Assembly: GCF_964213995.1 (NCBI RefSeq)
Contig: NC_135825.1
Location: forward strand, 26,350,001-26,414,000
Direction of reading: 5' to 3'
DNA length: 64,000 nucleotides
Source: Mustelus asterias
Lineage: Eukaryota
This document shows, one piece after another, positions 46,509 through 61,218 of the stretch. The stretch's first letter is position 1. The number at the start of each line of letters is the position of its first letter. Below the pieces are notes generated by a model. That model was not told the origin of the DNA and did not search any database. It saw only the letters and a program-made list of their open reading frames with translations. The position numbers and the translations under genes are program-made.

Positions 46509-47261
46509 TCACACAAGGAAACAGGTTAAACAAATTGCCACTAATGCACAAAGGTGACAGAACATATTTTAAATGGCTGACAACGATCTCCTTACATTTC
46601 CATAGTTTTGAAGTGTATACAAGGAGCAGGCAGATTCAGAAGTACCATCTGGGTACACCTTTCGCATTTTCTTGATCAATTCCCAGTCTTTAAGCAGTGT
46701 ATTCAGTCTTTGTGTCTTTCAGCTCAACTTGCTGCATATTAATGAGGCAGAATCAAAGAAGCAGCCAAGGCTCTTCAATAAGCAACAGTTTTTGAGCTGG
46801 CAATGTGCTGAAACTGTTTACAGACTAGCGTAACAGGCACCACTGAAATAATGATGGTAATAATTATTGCCCAGTTTTTTCTTTTTATTGGAACAGAATG
46901 TTTCTTAAGTATTTCCCTTGGGAATCTCACTTCTCTGTGAGTTTTATCCATGAGAGTTAGATGCTGTCATTGCGGTTTCCCATTTATGGCCACATTTTGG
47001 CAGGCACATCGCACAGCTACAAAAGCTGATCTCTACTTGTATATATGCGACATGAATAAGATTCTGTCCTCACTACGCTGGCCCAACAAATCATATGATT
47101 CCCATTTCCATTTGTAAAAATAGAATTGGAATGTCAAATTTGATGGTTTGAGAATGAAGAGTTGTCAGGTGCACCCAAACCTCGAACTAACGTTACTAAT
47201 GTACTGAGTAATGCATATAACATCTTCAGACTATGGAAGAAGATTTCCTCTGCATTAAATA

Positions 47262-47556
47262 GGGGCGGCACGGTGGCACAGTGGTTAGCATTGCTGCCTC
47301 ACAGCTCCAGGGACCCGAGTTCAATTCTGAACGTGGATGACTGTCTACGTGGCATTTGCACGTTCTCCCCATGTCTGCGTGGGTTTCCTCTGGGTACTCC
47401 AGTTTCCTCCCACGGTCCAAAAGATGTGCTGGTTGGGTGCATTGGCCATGCTAAATTCTCCTTAAATTTACCCGAACAGGCGCTGGAGTGTGGTGACCAG
47501 GGGATTTTCACGGTAACTTTATTGCAGTGTTAATGTAAGCCTACTTGTGACACTAA
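47262..47556 (+). mobile_element. V-SINE with alternative tail
   Basis: Same structure as 23741-24032. Confidence 0.8.
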
Positions 47557-47905
47557 TTTAAAAAAAACAGCTGCCAGCAAGAACGGAGAAATTGGTGCTC
47601 AGCCAAAACACCATTCGCTGCAGTGGGACTGGAGAATCCCAGCCGCGGGCAAGGTTGGAAAACCCCGGCCACGAGCAATGTCACGACCTGCTGAAAATCC
47701 ATCTCTTTGGCTCCTGCAGTAATCCTGAAATAATCAATAACCCTGACTCCAGTTATTGAATCCACTTGGAATGATAACACCTTCCTCACCAATGCTGCAG
47801 TACATATCTTTTCCTTAGTTGAACCAGACACATGAAATATGGAGTATTCCTTTGTTTATGATCTGTATTAGTGCACTATTTTCTTTAACTATAATTTTTT
47901 CTTGA

Positions 47906-47975
47906 GTGTATGTGTGTGTGTGTGTGTGCACGTGTGCGTGCATGCGTGTGTGTATGTGTGTGTGTTTGTGTGTGC
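47906..47975 (+). repeat. Imperfect (TG)n microsatellite
   Basis: Directly visible. Confidence 0.85.
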
Positions 47976-48086
47976 TGCATGAATGATGTAGTGTTAAACT
48001 TTTGGGGTGTGAATGTGTGAATAAATAATCCTCTTTATTTGAACACACAAAAGCTTGCTGCTGGTTATCCAAATTGAATAATTTGG

Positions 48087-49485
48087 AAAAAGCCTGGGAA
48101 CTACAGGCCAGTGAGCCTCACATCTGTAGTGGGTAAATTGTTGGAAGGTATTTTGAGAAACAGGATCTACAGGCATTCAGAGACTCAAGGACTGATTAGG
48201 GACAGTCAGCATGGCTTTGTGAGTGGAAAATCATGTCTCACAAATTTGATTGAGTTTTTTGAAGGGGTAACCAAGAAGGTAGATGAGGGCAGTGCAGTTG
48301 ATGTTGTCTACATGGACTTTGACAAGATACCGCATGGTAGGTTGTTGCATAAGGTTAAATCTCACGGGATCCAGGGTGAGGTATCTAAATGGATACAAAA
48401 TTGGCTCCTTGACAGAAGCCAGAGGGTGGTTGTAGAGGGTTGTTTTTCAAACTGGAGGCCTGTGACCAGCGGTGTGCCTCAGGGATCGGTGCTGGGTCCA
48501 CTGTTATTTGTCATTTATATTAATGATTTGGATGAGAATATAGGAGGCCTGGTTAGTAAGTTTGCAGATGACACTAAGATTGGTGGCATAGTGGACAGTG
48601 AAGAAAGTTATCTCCAATTGCAACGGGATCTTGATCAATTGGGCCAGTGGGCTGACGAATGGCAGATGGAGTTTAATTTGGACAAATGCGAGGTGATGCA
48701 TTTTGGTAGATTGAACCAGGGTAGGACTTACTCAGTTAATGGTAGGGTGTTGGGGAGAGTTACAGAACAAAGAGATCTAGGGGTACATGTTCATAGCTCC
48801 TTGAAAGTGGAGTCACAGGTGGACAGAATGGTGAAGAAGGCATTCGGCATGTTTGGTTTCATCGGTCAGAACATTGAATACAGGAGTTGGCATGTCTTGT
48901 TGAAATTGTACAAGACATTGGTAAGGCCTTGGAATACTGTGTGCAATTCTGGTCACCCTATTATAGAAAGGATGTTATTAAACCAGAAAGAGTGCAGAAA
49001 AGATTTACTAGGATGCTACCAGGACTTGATGGATTGAGTTATAAGGAGAGGCTGGATAGACTGGGACCTTTCTCTCTGGAGTGTAGGAGGCTGAGGGGTG
49101 ATCTTATAGAGGTCTATAAAATAATGAGGGGCACAGATCAGCTAGATAGTCAAGATATTTTCCCAAAGATAGGGGAGTCTAAAACTAGAGGGCATAGGTT
49201 TAAGGTGAGGGGGGAGAAATACAAAAGTGTCCAGAGGGGCAATCTTTCTCACAGAGGGTGGTGAGTGTCTGGAACAAGCTGCCAGAGGTAGTAGTAGAGG
49301 CGGATACAATTTTGTCTTTTAAAAAGCATTTAGAGAGTTACATGGGTATGATGGGTATAGAGGGATATGGGCCAAATGCGGGCAATTGGGATTAGCTTAG
49401 GGGTTTTAAAAAAAAAGGGCGGCATGGACAAGTTGGGCCGAAGGGTCTGTTTCCATGCTGTAAACCTCTATGATTCTATGACTCT
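48087..49485 (+). mobile_element. 5'-truncated CR1/HER1-type LINE with RT domain, frameshifted
   Basis: PGNYRPVSLTSVVGKLLE, QHGF, GVPQGSVLGPLLF, FADD, DKCEVMHFG; frameshift after LVRP (~48928); 3' UTR with CTATGA-type tail. Confidence 0.95.
48111..49037 (+). pseudogene. CR1 ORF2 reverse transcriptase fragment
   Basis: 308-aa ORF with non-LTR RT motifs; no endonuclease domain; the true C-terminus continues in another frame (ORF 48887-49264). Confidence 0.9.
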
Positions 49486-50947
49486 AATACACACTAAGGG
49501 ATTAAGAAACATATGCATTTTCCTTTTCAAAAACCACACTAATTATGGACAGTAATGGAAGGGAATTGGGGATTCAGTTCTCTTTCGTGCCTATCCGTAA
49601 CAGAATACAAACAATATTCCTGTCATTAATAAGACTCGAATATGAATTGAATGTCAGAAATCCTGATGGTGTAGGAGAGACATATTTTTCTACATCTTAT
49701 GATCTTCCATTAATCATCAGTTAAAACTGAAAGTATGAAACTGGATTCCATTATTTTCAGCAATTGGCATCGCAGGCCTTCTCTGGAATTTTCTTGTCCC
49801 GTCCGCCATGGGAATCGTTGTGGGCAGGACATGGACCATGCAAAGGTCCATTGACCTTGGGCAGGATTTTCCGATTTTGGGGAAAATGCAGCTGGAAAAT
49901 CCCGTCCCTTAAATCTGGATTTTGACTGCTGGTTTGAGTTGCACTGGCATGGCCTGAGGAAGTTGATAAAGTATCTAGTCCTCTGCAGTGGGTGTCCAAT
50001 GACTTTAACTCCCTTGCTACATCTATTTGGGCCCTGCCAGTCTCCGAATTGAACCTAGTGAAGGTTCTAGCTGATCAGTGGGCAGTAGTGGGATATTGGA
50101 TGGTAAAACGTTGCTGTCTGGGACCCGATGAAGTGGCTCCCACAAGTCAGATAAGTGGTTCAGAGGGAGATCAAGAGGGCACTGGAGTTGGGCTAGTGGA
50201 TGGGCACCTGGAGAGAAGAAGCCAAAGCCCGGGTTAAAATTGCAGTTGGGTCCTGATCTGAATATTGACTTCCTGCCACAAAGTGTCCTCCTTGCTTGCT
50301 CAAAGAAGGAATTTTAAAATTACATGAGAAGATAGTAGGGTCAGGAGAGCTACATTTTTGCGGCCATTTTAACTGTCTGCTACCTGGTCTCTGACAGTCG
50401 TCTGATGAGGAAGGAAACTAACTAGGGGAAAGTGGCAGATGGAGATTGCAGGCATCAATTTTTTTCATCTGTTCTCTTTCCTGAATGATGAAGGTCAAAC
50501 CACTTTGGAATTTTAAAGTTCAAATTGTATTGTGAAGTGCCCTAAGCCATTCAGTGTTCTGCCAAATGTGGTTAACTGAATCCTGACATCCTGACTGTGG
50601 CCAACTAGTGTCAAGGATTTGAGTCATTAGGAAAGATCGGAAAAATTGAATTTTTCAGCTTGGAAAGGAAGCAGCTGAGAGGGGTGATCTTATCATAGAG
50701 ATATATGATAGTAAATGGCATAGAAAATGTTAATCTGGAACACTACTCTGAATTCGACAAGGGGACATAATTTAAAACTACTAAGTTATTCTTCATGGAG
50801 ATTGCAGTCAATACTTAGAAGGTATTTCCAAATGAAGCTTTAGAGATCAAAACTCTGCAATCATTGTAAGATGTAGCAATGGGCTGGACAGTGATATTTT
50901 TATGGGTGGATGAATTAAGATAAGCGATATGGGGCAGAACCCTTTCA

Positions 50948-51200
50948 AAGTTTATTTATTAGTGTCACAAGTAGGCTTACATTAACACTGCAATGAAATT
51001 ACTGTGGAAATCCCCGAGCCGCCACACTCCAGCTGCCGTTTGGGTAGACTGAGAGACAGTTTAGCATGGCCAATGCAGCTAACCAGCACGTCTTTCGGAC
51101 TGTGAGAGGAAACAGGAGCACCCGGTGGAAACCCATGCAGACACGGGGAGAACGGTGGGAATCAAACCCAGGTCCCTAGCACTGTGAGGCAGCAATGCTC
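50948..51200 (-). mobile_element. V-SINE with alternative tail
   Basis: TTTATTTATTAGTGTCACAAGTAGGCTTACAT... reverse-complement tail plus V-domain. Confidence 0.75.
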
Positions 51201-53569
51201 AGCCGCTGAGGGCGGTGAGATTTTCTGCTCCTGCTGCAGTGAATGGAGATCTGGCTGGACACCTAGTTCTCCATCCTCGCTTGCAGCAACAGAGGGCCCT
51301 GAACGCGGTAAGATTGCGTCCATGGTCTTTCACATACATTAGATCTGGTGATCCTGTGATCTTAATTATACTAGTTAATATCAAAATGTTGTTTGGAGTA
51401 GAATTTCAGCTGGCTAAATTTGTAAATGAGCCTTGCAATCGACTGATAATGAAATCGCCAATGAAAACTTGAGATGTCAAAGCATGCTAGAATACATTGG
51501 AAACTGAATTTTAACCAATCAATCTCAAGTGGCTCAGAGATGATACATTTCTGGCAGAAATATGTGTAATAAGTCTGATTAAGTATTTGTGTAAATGAGT
51601 GGGAGGTATTATGTTCACTTTGCACATCTTTAAATTCTGAAAATAATTAATTTTAATTGAGTCAGCCCCATAATGAGCTCAAGTGGTATTTAATCATTGT
51701 GCTCGACAGTCTTGGGCAATGTAAAGCTGAGGGTATTGCTATTGGCATTACGTTGGGGATTTTCACGGTAACTTTATTGCGGGTTAATGTAAGCCTACTT
51801 GTGACACTAATAAATAAACTTAAACATTGCTGCCAATGGTATTATGTGATGAGCATGCAATAAAATTACTTGTCAATGGCTTGATTTCATCATTTGAGAT
51901 TAATACCAGTGAATAAATATATATTTTTAAACTTCTGGAATTTTGTTTAACAGTGGGCCATTATAGGTATTTAGCTGGTAAATGAAGTAATTATGTCACC
52001 AAAACTGGTGTGTTGCATGACTTAACTGGATTGTTCATACTCAAGAAATAATTGAATGGCAGTTTTATGGAAAATTTGTTTTTCACATGTATACAGCAAA
52101 TGATAAGTTCATTTTTCTCATATATGCACAGGATAAACAGGATAAGTTTTGCACTGTCTTGAATACAATAAAAGGAAATGACTAGCAACTGATTGAAAAA
52201 GGTAGGGCTAAATGTGGAAGTGTTGGATGAAGTGGCGGGAGTAACTTCAATGTTTTGAACCTGAGATGGTGCTTTTGGATTGATGGTGAGTTTCTTCACA
52301 GTAATACGGTGGCTCTCTGGGTTTTGAAATACATTTTAAGATATGTACACAAGATGGCACTAGTGGTCTACTGTACAGAAATGTATCCAGCTATTTGTAG
52401 TGTAAAAGGTTTGCTGCTTTACTGGTCTTGGAATTCTCTCTCTTTGTTTAAATCTATGGGCCATAACTTGTGAAGACTTGTGGAGGATGAAACTTTAGTG
52501 GAAGCAGAAAAATGTGCAATAAGTGAATTGGTTGACCATTACATACACTTTCTACTGAAGGTGGCTGCGTCTCTAATGAGCATCCAATTCACTGTTGTAC
52601 ATTTGATCCAATTCCTTTAAAGTGAGTATTCAGGCTTGATAGACACTGCTGTAAAGGCTGGGATGAGCTAAAATGTCCATCACAAACATTTTGAAGGTTT
52701 GAAGGGTCCTTACTCCTCAACCTACTTTGGAGATATTTTGAAATGTCTTTCTTCTGTAGTCAACTATTTTATCACCTGCCATTGTGCCATTTGATATTGG
52801 GCTGCCATTCTGACATGGAGCAATGGTTTACCCATTTTGAAAGTACTCTGCACTGTCCTCTGCTCTAACCTGCATACAGCCATGTCTATTGTAGCCACCG
52901 CACTGCCATTAATTGTCCAAGTCACAAGTGCATTGTACATCTATGCTATAAGGCTGTTACAATGAGACCCCAGGCTACAATAAGCCTCCAGTGAAAATCT
53001 GTGTGATTAAACGGATCAAGTGGAAATTTTGATTTAATTTTGTGGATTGTCACATCAAGTTAGCCGTGAACAGAGGCATCAAGCAGGTCATTGATACATT
53101 GCTTGGTCAAATTAACAAATTAATTTACTTTCCTTTTGGATAGTTGGGGGTCGCAAGTCAAATATTTCAGTTTCGCAGAATGACAGGATTCCTAAAATAT
53201 CAAAGAGTGATAGATTGCATCCATATGGCTATAGGTGTTACCTTGATATATTTATTTATAAACTGGATCTAGAGTAAAGGATTCCAATCTCTTAATGTGC
53301 AAGTCCTGGCTCAGATCACTCAAAAACAACTACTTGCACTTGTATAACACTTATCACATCGCTAAATGACGCAAGAACAATTCACAAAGGTGCAATTGGA
53401 TAACAGAATGGTGGTGAGAGACTGGGAGAAGAGTTGTTAATAAGTTGAAGTAGAGGGTGGGAGAGAACTGGAATAATAGCACGGTAACAAAGGCATGATG
53501 AGGGTTTCAGCACTGGGTGGACTGATTGGAGTCATGGCTAAAACAAAGGAAGCTGGCTTTGTTTGTTGG

Positions 53570-54510
53570 AGGCCAATCACCTAAGTCCTAGGAGATCACT
53601 CGAGGAAATCCTAGGCCTAACCATCCTTAGCTGCTTTATCAATGATCAGAAGTTGGGATATTCACCGTTGATTGCACAATATTCTCCAGTATGTGCAACT
53701 TTTCAGATATCGAAACAGTTTGTGTCCATATGCAGCAACCCGTGGATAACATTCAGGCTGGGCTGATAAGCAGCAAGTCACATTCAAGCTATAGAAATGT
53801 CAGGCAATGACCATCTTCAACAGGAGATAATCTAACCATCTCCCCTAGATGTTCAATGAAATTACCATCTCTGAATCCCCTACTATCAACATCCTGGGGA
53901 CTACTATAGATCAGGAACTGAACTGGACCAGCCTTATAAATACTGTGGCTACACGAGCGGGTCAGAAACGGGGACTTCTGAGGCAAATAACTCACCTCGT
54001 CTCCCCAAAGCCTGTCAACAAGTCAGGAGGATTAATGCAGTTTCAACGACACTCAGTAAGTTTAATCTCATCGAGGACCAAGCAGCCCATTTGATAGACA
54101 CCTTACCCACTAGTCTAAACTGTCACACATATCACTGATGCACAGAGGCAGCAATGTGTATTATATACAAGCCTCAATGCCGCAAATCACCAAGGCTCAT
54201 TCAACAGCACTTTCCAAACCCCATGACCTTTATGAACCAGAAGGACAAGAGCTGCAGATGCATGGAAACATCACCATCTACAAGTTCCCCTCTAAACCAC
54301 ACACCAGTCTAATTTGGAACTATATTGCTTTCAGATCACTGTCATTGGATCAAAGTCCGGGACCTTGCTTCCTAACAGCACATGGGTAGGCACGCCAGAT
54401 GGACTGCAGAGGTTCAAGAAATCAACTCACCACCACCTTTTAAGGGCAATTAGGGACAGGTAATAAATGTTGACTTTGACGCTCATATCCCCCCAAAGAA
54501 AAAAAAATCC
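53570..54510 (+). mobile_element. Decayed CR1/L2-group LINE 3' part sharing its tail with the SacSINE1-like element
   Basis: ILGLTILSCFIND and INILGTTIDQELNWTS remnants; tail AAGGGCAATTAGGGACAGGTAATAAATG resembles 17252-17280. Confidence 0.65.
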
Positions 54511-55314
54511 CAAGCACTAAAATAAAATTGTAATCACTTCCTACGCAGTTATTGTACTTGTTCCTTCAGAATAACCTTTGATTGCTTTATTGGGAGTCTT
54601 TTCAAACTTCTATTTTGATAAGATGCACCAACTGTAAAATTGGTATTTTAGGGTCTGGCTTTTGCTAAGTTTACGAACACTGAAGAATGCATCGTGAAAA
54701 GAATACTTTTTAATTATAGTGATTTTAATGTACAGTTCAGAGAAAAACATGAGAATTTAATAGCCTTCTGCAGTTTTTTAAGAACATCTCACATGCTGTG
54801 ATACTGGCAATTTCTCAACAATTTGTTAGAACAAATATCCATAGCTATCATAAAAAAGAAACACTTGGAGCTATACTTTTAGTTATGCCAATTTTAGCAA
54901 AAATGTAAATAGTGCTATTAATGGAAAACATCAAATGATCAATTCATATTCAGTGCTGCTCTTTGTGTTCCTTATCCTTAAGAAATTGGTTGTCAAAAAT
55001 TAGCAACAACCATCAAACAAAGCTGTTTTGAGATTGTTAAGAGTTCATTAAGGTTACTAATAATGTGTACAGCATTCTGCACCTGCACAGCCATCCACAA
55101 GTGAGTCATTTAATCATTTTCAGACCCAGAGTTGGAGGAAGCTGAAGATTTGAGAATATCAGCACAAAGTAACAAAATTAAATAACATACTTTTCCTTGT
55201 TAGCTAATGGGAACCTTGGGGGTAGTGTGCTGACTGCTTCACAACGTCAGTGGCTGTGAAGGTTAGATTGCACTTACTTTGATGCCAGAGAGCCATGCAG
55301 AGCACCCACAAGGA

Positions 55315-55684
55315 TATAGATTTCATACAGTGCAGAAGGAGGCCATTCGCCCATCGAGTCTGCACCGACCACAATCCCACTCAGGCCCTATCCCCACAAC
55401 CCCATGCATTTACCCTAGCTAGCCCTCCTGACACTAAGGGGCAATTTAGCATGAACAATCCATGTAACCCGCATATCTTTGGACTATGGGAGGAAACCGG
55501 AGCACCCCGCAAGAAACCCACGCAGACACGGGGAGAATGTGCAAACTCCACACAGACACTCACTCAAACTGGGAATCGAACCCGGGTCCCTGGCACTGTG
55601 AGGCAGCAGTGCTAACTGTTTTTGACTAACTGGATTTTCACTGTGCCACCGTGTCGCCCACACCACTGTGCCACCATGTTGCCC
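55315..55684 (-). mobile_element. HE1-type SINE with duplicated head segment
   Basis: Tail, V-domain and two CACTGTGCCACC head copies. Confidence 0.8.
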
Positions 55685-55860
55685 ATTGTACATCTCAGTC
55701 AGTGCACTGTTGGCAGTTGGCAGAATCTTCCGGTCCTACTTTTATCAATGGGGTTTCCCATTGATACTACCTCACACTGCCGGGAAACATGCGGAGGAAG
55801 TGCACCATCAGCAGGACCAGAAAATCTCGCCGGCACGAAGAGCCAGAAGATCGCTTAGGT

Positions 55861-56628
55861 GATTCACTTTGGAAGGAGTAACAGGATTACAGAGTACCGG
55901 GGTAATGGTAAGATACTTGGTAGCGTGGATGAGCAGAGAGATCTCGGTGTCCATGTACATAGATCTGAAAGTTGGCAACCAGGTTGATAGGGTTGTTAAG
56001 AAGGCTTACGGAGTGTTAGCTTTTATTGGTAGAGGGATTGAGTTTCGGAGCCAGGAGGTCATGTTGCAGCTGTACAAAACTCTGGTGCTGCCGCACTTGG
56101 AGTATTGTGTCCTGTTCTGGTCGACGCATTATAGGAAGGATGTGGAAGCATTGGAAAGGGTGCAGAGGAGATTTACCAGGATGTTGCCTGGTACGGTGGG
56201 AAGGTCTTATGAGGAAAGGCTGAGGGACTTGAGGTTATTTTCGTTAGAGAGAAGAAGGTTAAGAGGTGACTTAATAGAGGCATACAAGATGATCAGAGGA
56301 TTAGCTAGGGTGGATAGTGAGAGCCTTTTTCCTCGATGGTGATAGCTAGCACAAGGGGGCATAGCTTTAAATTGAGGGGTGATAGATATAGGACAGATGT
56401 CAGAGGTAGGTTCTTCACTCAGAGAGTAGTAACGGCGTGGAATGCCCTGCGTGCAGCAGTAGTGGACTCGCCAACAATAAGGGCATTTAAATGGCCATTG
56501 GATATACATATGGATGATTTTGGAATAGTGTAGGTTAGATGGGCTTTAGATTGGTTCCACTGGTCGGCGCAACATCGAGGGCCGAAGGGCCTGTACTACG
56601 CTGTAATGTTCTATGTTCTATGTTCTAT
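55861..56628 (+). mobile_element. CR1-type LINE 3' fragment
   Basis: VVKKAYGVLAFI...LYKTLVLPHLEYC...RGDLIEAYK...TRGHSFK; (ATGTTCT)n tail. Confidence 0.9.
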
Positions 56629-57331
56629 CGCACCCATATTGTCTAACTCTACTGCAAATCAATCTTATATCTCCCAAGAAGCAGTTTCGAAAAGGGGCTC
56701 TGCCCAGGCTTGAATGCCTGCACTGTTACTACTAGAACGTCTGAATTTCTATACCAATGCCGAGAAGAGTAATAGATCTCTGCGCATCAATCGCATTGTG
56801 GAAGTCACCTCTGCGGATAAGTGAATTATCCAGCTTCAGGCTTCAGCTGTTTAACTTCTGTAAGGAATACAACATTGGGACTTTGATTCTGGGCTCCAGC
56901 CTCACGTGAAACAAGTTACTCTGCGGTCTTTGTCCCACAAAACTTTCTTTCTCTATCCCTCTCTTTTATTCCATGAGTGAAAAGGTGGCTTCATTGCTAC
57001 ACTCCTCTTGCATTTGGACGTATGCAGATAAAGTAACTCTGAGTTTATTGTATCCTGAGTTTGCTTTGGGTTTATTGCTAGAAATTGGATCACACTAAAA
57101 CTGAGGGGTTGGAAATATCCCACAGCTTATAAGGGGGAAAACCAACCTCAAAACATCTTTCTGTTTATAGACGGGTGGTGACAGAAGAAATTAGAGCTGT
57201 TTAAATTAAATCCACTCCTGTCTGTAACAATTTCCATGTGTCAGTTGTTGTGATGTCCTCTTAATAGAATTTCCTTTTGGAAAGTGTACGACTGGATTAA
57301 TGAGTGCCTAACCAGCTAGGAGCTTCTGGAT

Positions 57332-57625
57332 GGCGACACGGTGGCACAGTGATTAGCACTACTGCCTGACAGTGCCAGGGACCCGGGCTTGATTCCCGGC
57401 TTGGGTCACTGTCTGTGCGGAGTCTACACGTTCTCCCCGTGTCTGTGTGGGTTTCCCCCAGGTTCTCCGGTTTCCTCCCACAGTCCGAAAGACGTGCTGG
57501 TTAGGTGCTAAATTCTCCCTCAATGTACCCGAACAGGTACCAGAGTGTGGCAACTAGGGGATTTTCACAGTAACTTCACTGCAGCGTTAATGTAAGTCTA
57601 CTTGTGACACTAATACATAAATAAC
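57332..57625 (+). mobile_element. V-SINE with alternative tail
   Basis: Same structure as 23741-24032. Confidence 0.8.
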
Positions 57626-60600
57626 AAAAAAAATGCTCTCCTTGTTTTAGAAGTTTTTTGTTGGGTGTTTAAAGATTAGTGTTCGCTGCCAGTTGTGGTG
57701 GTAGCTAACTGATCTGAAATGAGTTCCCAATGGCTGTTCCTGCTTCACTCCATACATGCTGTGGCTGGAGGACAGCTCCTCATATTGCTCTCTGATGTGT
57801 CTGAGCAGTGGTCATGTACACGGTTTTGGAGTCCCTCCCTCATAGTTGTCTGTAATTAATTCTTCATGTGAACCAAAGGTGGCTGTAACTACATCAATGG
57901 AATTTGGACCACAAGAATCTCAGAAGCAGTAGCATCTTAATTAATGAAGTAAAGAAAGAACTTGTCTTTTATAGTGCTTTCTTCCATTTTTGGATTGGCT
58001 CAAAGCCATTCACTTTTGAAGTGCGGTTGCTGTTGTTAGGCAACGGGGCAGCACATTTCCCACAGCAGAGTCCCACAAACAGCAGTGGAATAATGGGCAG
58101 AATCGTCTGGACATAGTTCCTGCCAGAACAGCAGGCCGGTTTCAGTTTGGGAACTCGATTTCTGACTGCGCAGGCTTTGCCAAGACGCTTCCTCAGAAGA
58201 AGGGGATTAACATTTCATCTCTGGGCTCCCCAGCCAATCGGGGCGGGTACGAGAGATGATGCATCCATTCTGTTAAAGGAAGGTATCTCTTTCAAGAGAC
58301 CACAACATGCCCTTCACCGCGCACTTGGATTTTGAGGCTGCAGCGATCACAAGAATGGAAGGGAGATCTGGGCAGGCTGCCCCCTTCCCCCACTGCTGAA
58401 CCACCCCCCTCTTCCTACCAGCCCACAAATCCCCCCTCCTCACCCCCCCCTCCACCCCCACCCCCACCACATCCTACCCCACCACAGATCTCTTTTTATT
58501 CTTACCTGGAGATCCTGCTGCGGGATGTGAGAGATTTCAATGACAGGAACCTCTCTGAATGATGGGGGAAAGAGGACAACCTGTTCAAGCAAGCAGGCAT
58601 AGATGTGAATGGCAAAGAAAGCCATTTCAAAGAAGGTCCAAACATGTGCATGTTACATGTGGCCATGCTAAGTTGCCCCTGAGTGTCCCAGGTTTTGTAG
58701 GTAAGGTGGATTAGGGATTATGGGGATCGGGCAAGAGAACGGTGGTGGGGCGGTGGTGGGGAGTGAGTGTAATAGGTCTTCAGAGGCAGAAGTCCCAAAA
58801 TCCTTTGATTTACAATTCTAACAGCAGTACACAAAGTGCTGGTAGTTAGCAGTCTATCTCTGGGGGTGTCAGAAGAACTGGCACTCCCAGTTAAATACAA
58901 GGCAAAGACTCCCTGATTGGCTCATCATTTGGAGCCTTAATTAGGGAGCTCATACTCCAATAGACCAACCCCAATGGCCTGATTGATGTCACTACACTGA
59001 GATTCTGAGTCGCTACACACTATGAAAGCCAACAACAGAGGTATTAGGTATTGTCCCTCCAGCTTGGAGACAGTGCATCAAGAGGATGCAGGCGCTCAGG
59101 AGGGCAGGAAAGGTGAGTGGCATAACACTTACAGGTTCCAAGTCCCGCACTCTGATTTGCCCAGCATTCTCCTGCACAACATGCCTCAGGCCAACACGCC
59201 ACAGCAGGCACCTCACATCCCCAGCACCCTCAGCCTATTGCCCTCTTGCACCCATGCTTCACAGTCATCCTTCGTGAAAGGTGACCCTCCCTCTTCACTC
59301 GGGCAGTTATGAACACTGACACCACTTTGCGTTTTCTTCTAAGAAGAGAAGAGAGCACCTGATTTGGAAAGAGGCAGAGACAGAAAGGGAGGTGTGGAGT
59401 GGCTGGGGAAATGCTCTTTAATGACATGTACCTTGTCAGCAACTGACAGTGCAATGGTGTGGTCTTGCCCCACCTCAGAAAGGGAAGGTAGAGCTGGATA
59501 AGCTGATCCCATGCTGTGTTGAAGGCTGGCAGCAAGGAAGTACAGCTGATGGTGATATGCAAGGCTGGTGAAGTGTCAGCCATCACCTGCCAAATAATAA
59601 TAGCACTTCCTGAGAGGAGTGTCTTGAATAGTAGTCTCTCACCTGGTCATGACTGGGATCTTTTAGAGCAACTGATCAAAGGTTTCTGAGCTTGTCGGTT
59701 GCACTGAAGAAGCTGCTCCAACTGCGCATTCACCTCAGTGACTCTGACGAGGTGCAGCCACAACATGAAACCTGTGTATTGTTGAGGAAGAAAGAATCCA
59801 AGGTTAAAAGGTCACAATTGCCTTTTTGTTTGTATTCCCACCAGGCCCAGAAAACACCGGAAGAAGTTCAGATGATGTGGAAGACATAGACTTTCTTTGT
59901 GGGTCCCAGAAGAGCACACCTATGGATCTGAAAAAGAAATGGACCTTGCAGGCTTTAGATGGGTTTCCTAACCAGTTGCTCAGTGAGCCCAAGTGATGAA
60001 GCCACAGTGGCTCCTCGACAAGCAAGCAATCTGGTTGATTTTAATGGTAGTTTTTTAAAAATTTCTCCCTGTATATTGATTGCTTTTGCTCCTTGTGCCT
60101 TTTGCTTTATGGTTCTGGAACTTAGCAGTTGTTCACTTTTCCATCTCAGGGTGGAACTTTGTGATCTATGGATTTAACAGCAATAAGAGGCCCAGAAGAG
60201 GGTAAAGTATAAATCAATCACTGTTATTTTACCAAAAGGGAAAACGCTGGAAAATCTCAGCAGGTCTGGCAGCATCTATAAGGAGAGAAAAGAGCTGACG
60301 TTTCGAGTCCAGATGACCCTTTACCAAAGCTAAAAGGCATAGGAAGTGGGAGATATTTATACTGCAGGGTGAGGGCATGAAAGATGAGTCATAGCCATAG
60401 AAACCAGGGGAAAATACGGTTAATTGCTGTCCACAAAGAGAATAAAGGGCGCAAATGGCAGAGAAACTGTAAGCTGTGAGAAATGAAGATGTGGGGGGAG
60501 GGGGGCTGGAAAAGATGGGACAGAGGTAGGATGTAGAAAAGGGGAAGCAGGGGAAGAAAAGGTAAGGGAAGGGGGATGAAGTAGGGGGAAAGAGTGGGTG

Positions 60601-61218
60601 GGGGGAAGAAAATTGAAGAAAGACAATAAAGAAATATAAGGTAGAGAACAGTTAAATATTAAATAAAATAGAATGAAAGCAAAGGGGGCCGAGGTGGGAT
60701 AGTCTCTCAGCTCCTTTGTCTCCGTCGCATTTTTTCCAATGATGCCACTTTCCAAAGTGGGGCTTCTAATGTGTGCTCCTTTTTCCTCAACTGTGGATTC
60801 CCACCTACAGTTGTCGACAGGGCCCTCAACAGCGTGCAGTCCATCTCCCGCACCATGACCCTCACCCCCCCCTCCCTCCCAGAACAAGGATCGAGTCCCC
60901 CTTGTTCTCACATTTCACCCCACCAGCCTCCACTTGTAAAGCATAATCCTCCGCCATTTTCACCAACTCCAGCGTGATACCACCACCAAACACATCTTCC
61001 CTTCACTCCCTCTGTCAGCATTCCACAGAGACTGTTGCCTCTGGGATAACCTAGTCCACTTCTGTACTACACCCAACATCTCTTCCGTCACTCATGGCAC
61101 CTTTCCATGCAATCGCAGAAGGTGTAACACCTGTCCCTTTACCTCTTCTATGCTCACCATCCAAGTTCCAAAATATTCATTCCAGGTTAAGTAGTGTTTC
61201 ACTTGCACCTCTTTCAAT

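Noticed and set aside
58990-60000. Possible very old Harbinger remnants (LYFLAASLQHSMG and GFHSV on minus; DLKKKW on plus)
   Set aside because: Matches are too short and degenerate to call without a profile search.
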